NCBI GenBank assembly: GCA_943350765.1
Contig: CALRAJ010000003.1
Span: 1,456 to 65,455 of the forward strand
Direction of reading: 5' to 3'
DNA: 64,000 nt
Source: Candidatus Tayloriibacteriota bacterium
GTDB taxonomy: Bacteria > Patescibacteriota > Minisyncoccia > Phycocordibacterales > PALSA-1337
Positions within the stretch are counted from its first letter, which is position 1; every line of letters starts with the position of its first letter. The notes beneath the pieces were generated by a model, which was not told the origin of the DNA, made no database searches, and saw only the letters and a program-made list of their open reading frames with translations. The position numbers and the translations under genes were made by a program. This document shows positions 63,985 to 64,000 of this stretch, one piece after another.

Positions 63985-64000
63985 AATTTTATGCTACTTA

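Overview
This 64-kb window is AT-rich (about 40% GC) and densely packed with short housekeeping genes and no biosynthetic operons. The gene content (pilMNO, a sortase with a DUF11 surface protein, standalone REC proteins, an ECF sigma factor, many genes with a -10 element 6-7 nt upstream of the ATG) fits a reduced-genome bacterium, plausibly a Candidate Phyla Radiation/Patescibacteria member; that assignment is inference only. Recognisable genes include polA, a holA-like gene, trmH-family, mutM, ruvA, rpsT, ruvX, pilMNO, a two-component set (cytoplasmic histidine kinase plus two REC-only proteins), two rluA-family genes, rplS, rlmH, a processive GT2, macAB-like efflux genes, rpoD, folD, secE-nusG-rplK, folA, dcd-thyA-glyA, argS, hicBA, cdd and rdgB. 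There are eight tRNA genes: Lys-TTT, Arg-GCG, Ser-TGA, Arg-TCT, Val-TAC, Leu-GAG, His-GTG, and a type II tRNA with an odd ACT anticodon.

Stand-out 1 is a complete diversity-generating retroelement (DGR) at 36.8-39.3 kb. A GC-rich target gene ends in a 106-bp variable repeat (VR) that differs from a downstream template repeat (TR) at 16 positions, 14 of them TR adenines (mostly in AAC codons). An Avd-like four-helix-bundle gene lies on the opposite strand. The reverse transcriptase carries the DGR-type LGNLTSQ and YADD motifs. A decayed IS1-family transposase with an A8 tract sits just upstream, and a G10 tract lies in the avd/RT divergent spacer.

Stand-out 2 is that 7 of 8 tRNA genes are followed by a stereotyped composite element. 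Each has an inverted partial copy of that tRNA's own T-arm/acceptor, then one of two conserved hairpin-rich cores, then a direct partial copy of the tRNA 3' end. One orphan copy follows a kinase gene flanked by 17-bp direct repeats.

Other repeat structure: two MITE-like families (one with clear target-site duplications), a family of bipartite palindromic intergenic elements, a hairpin family with a conserved TCAGTAGA loop, and a 96%-identical 183-bp inverted-repeat pair 43.5 kb apart.
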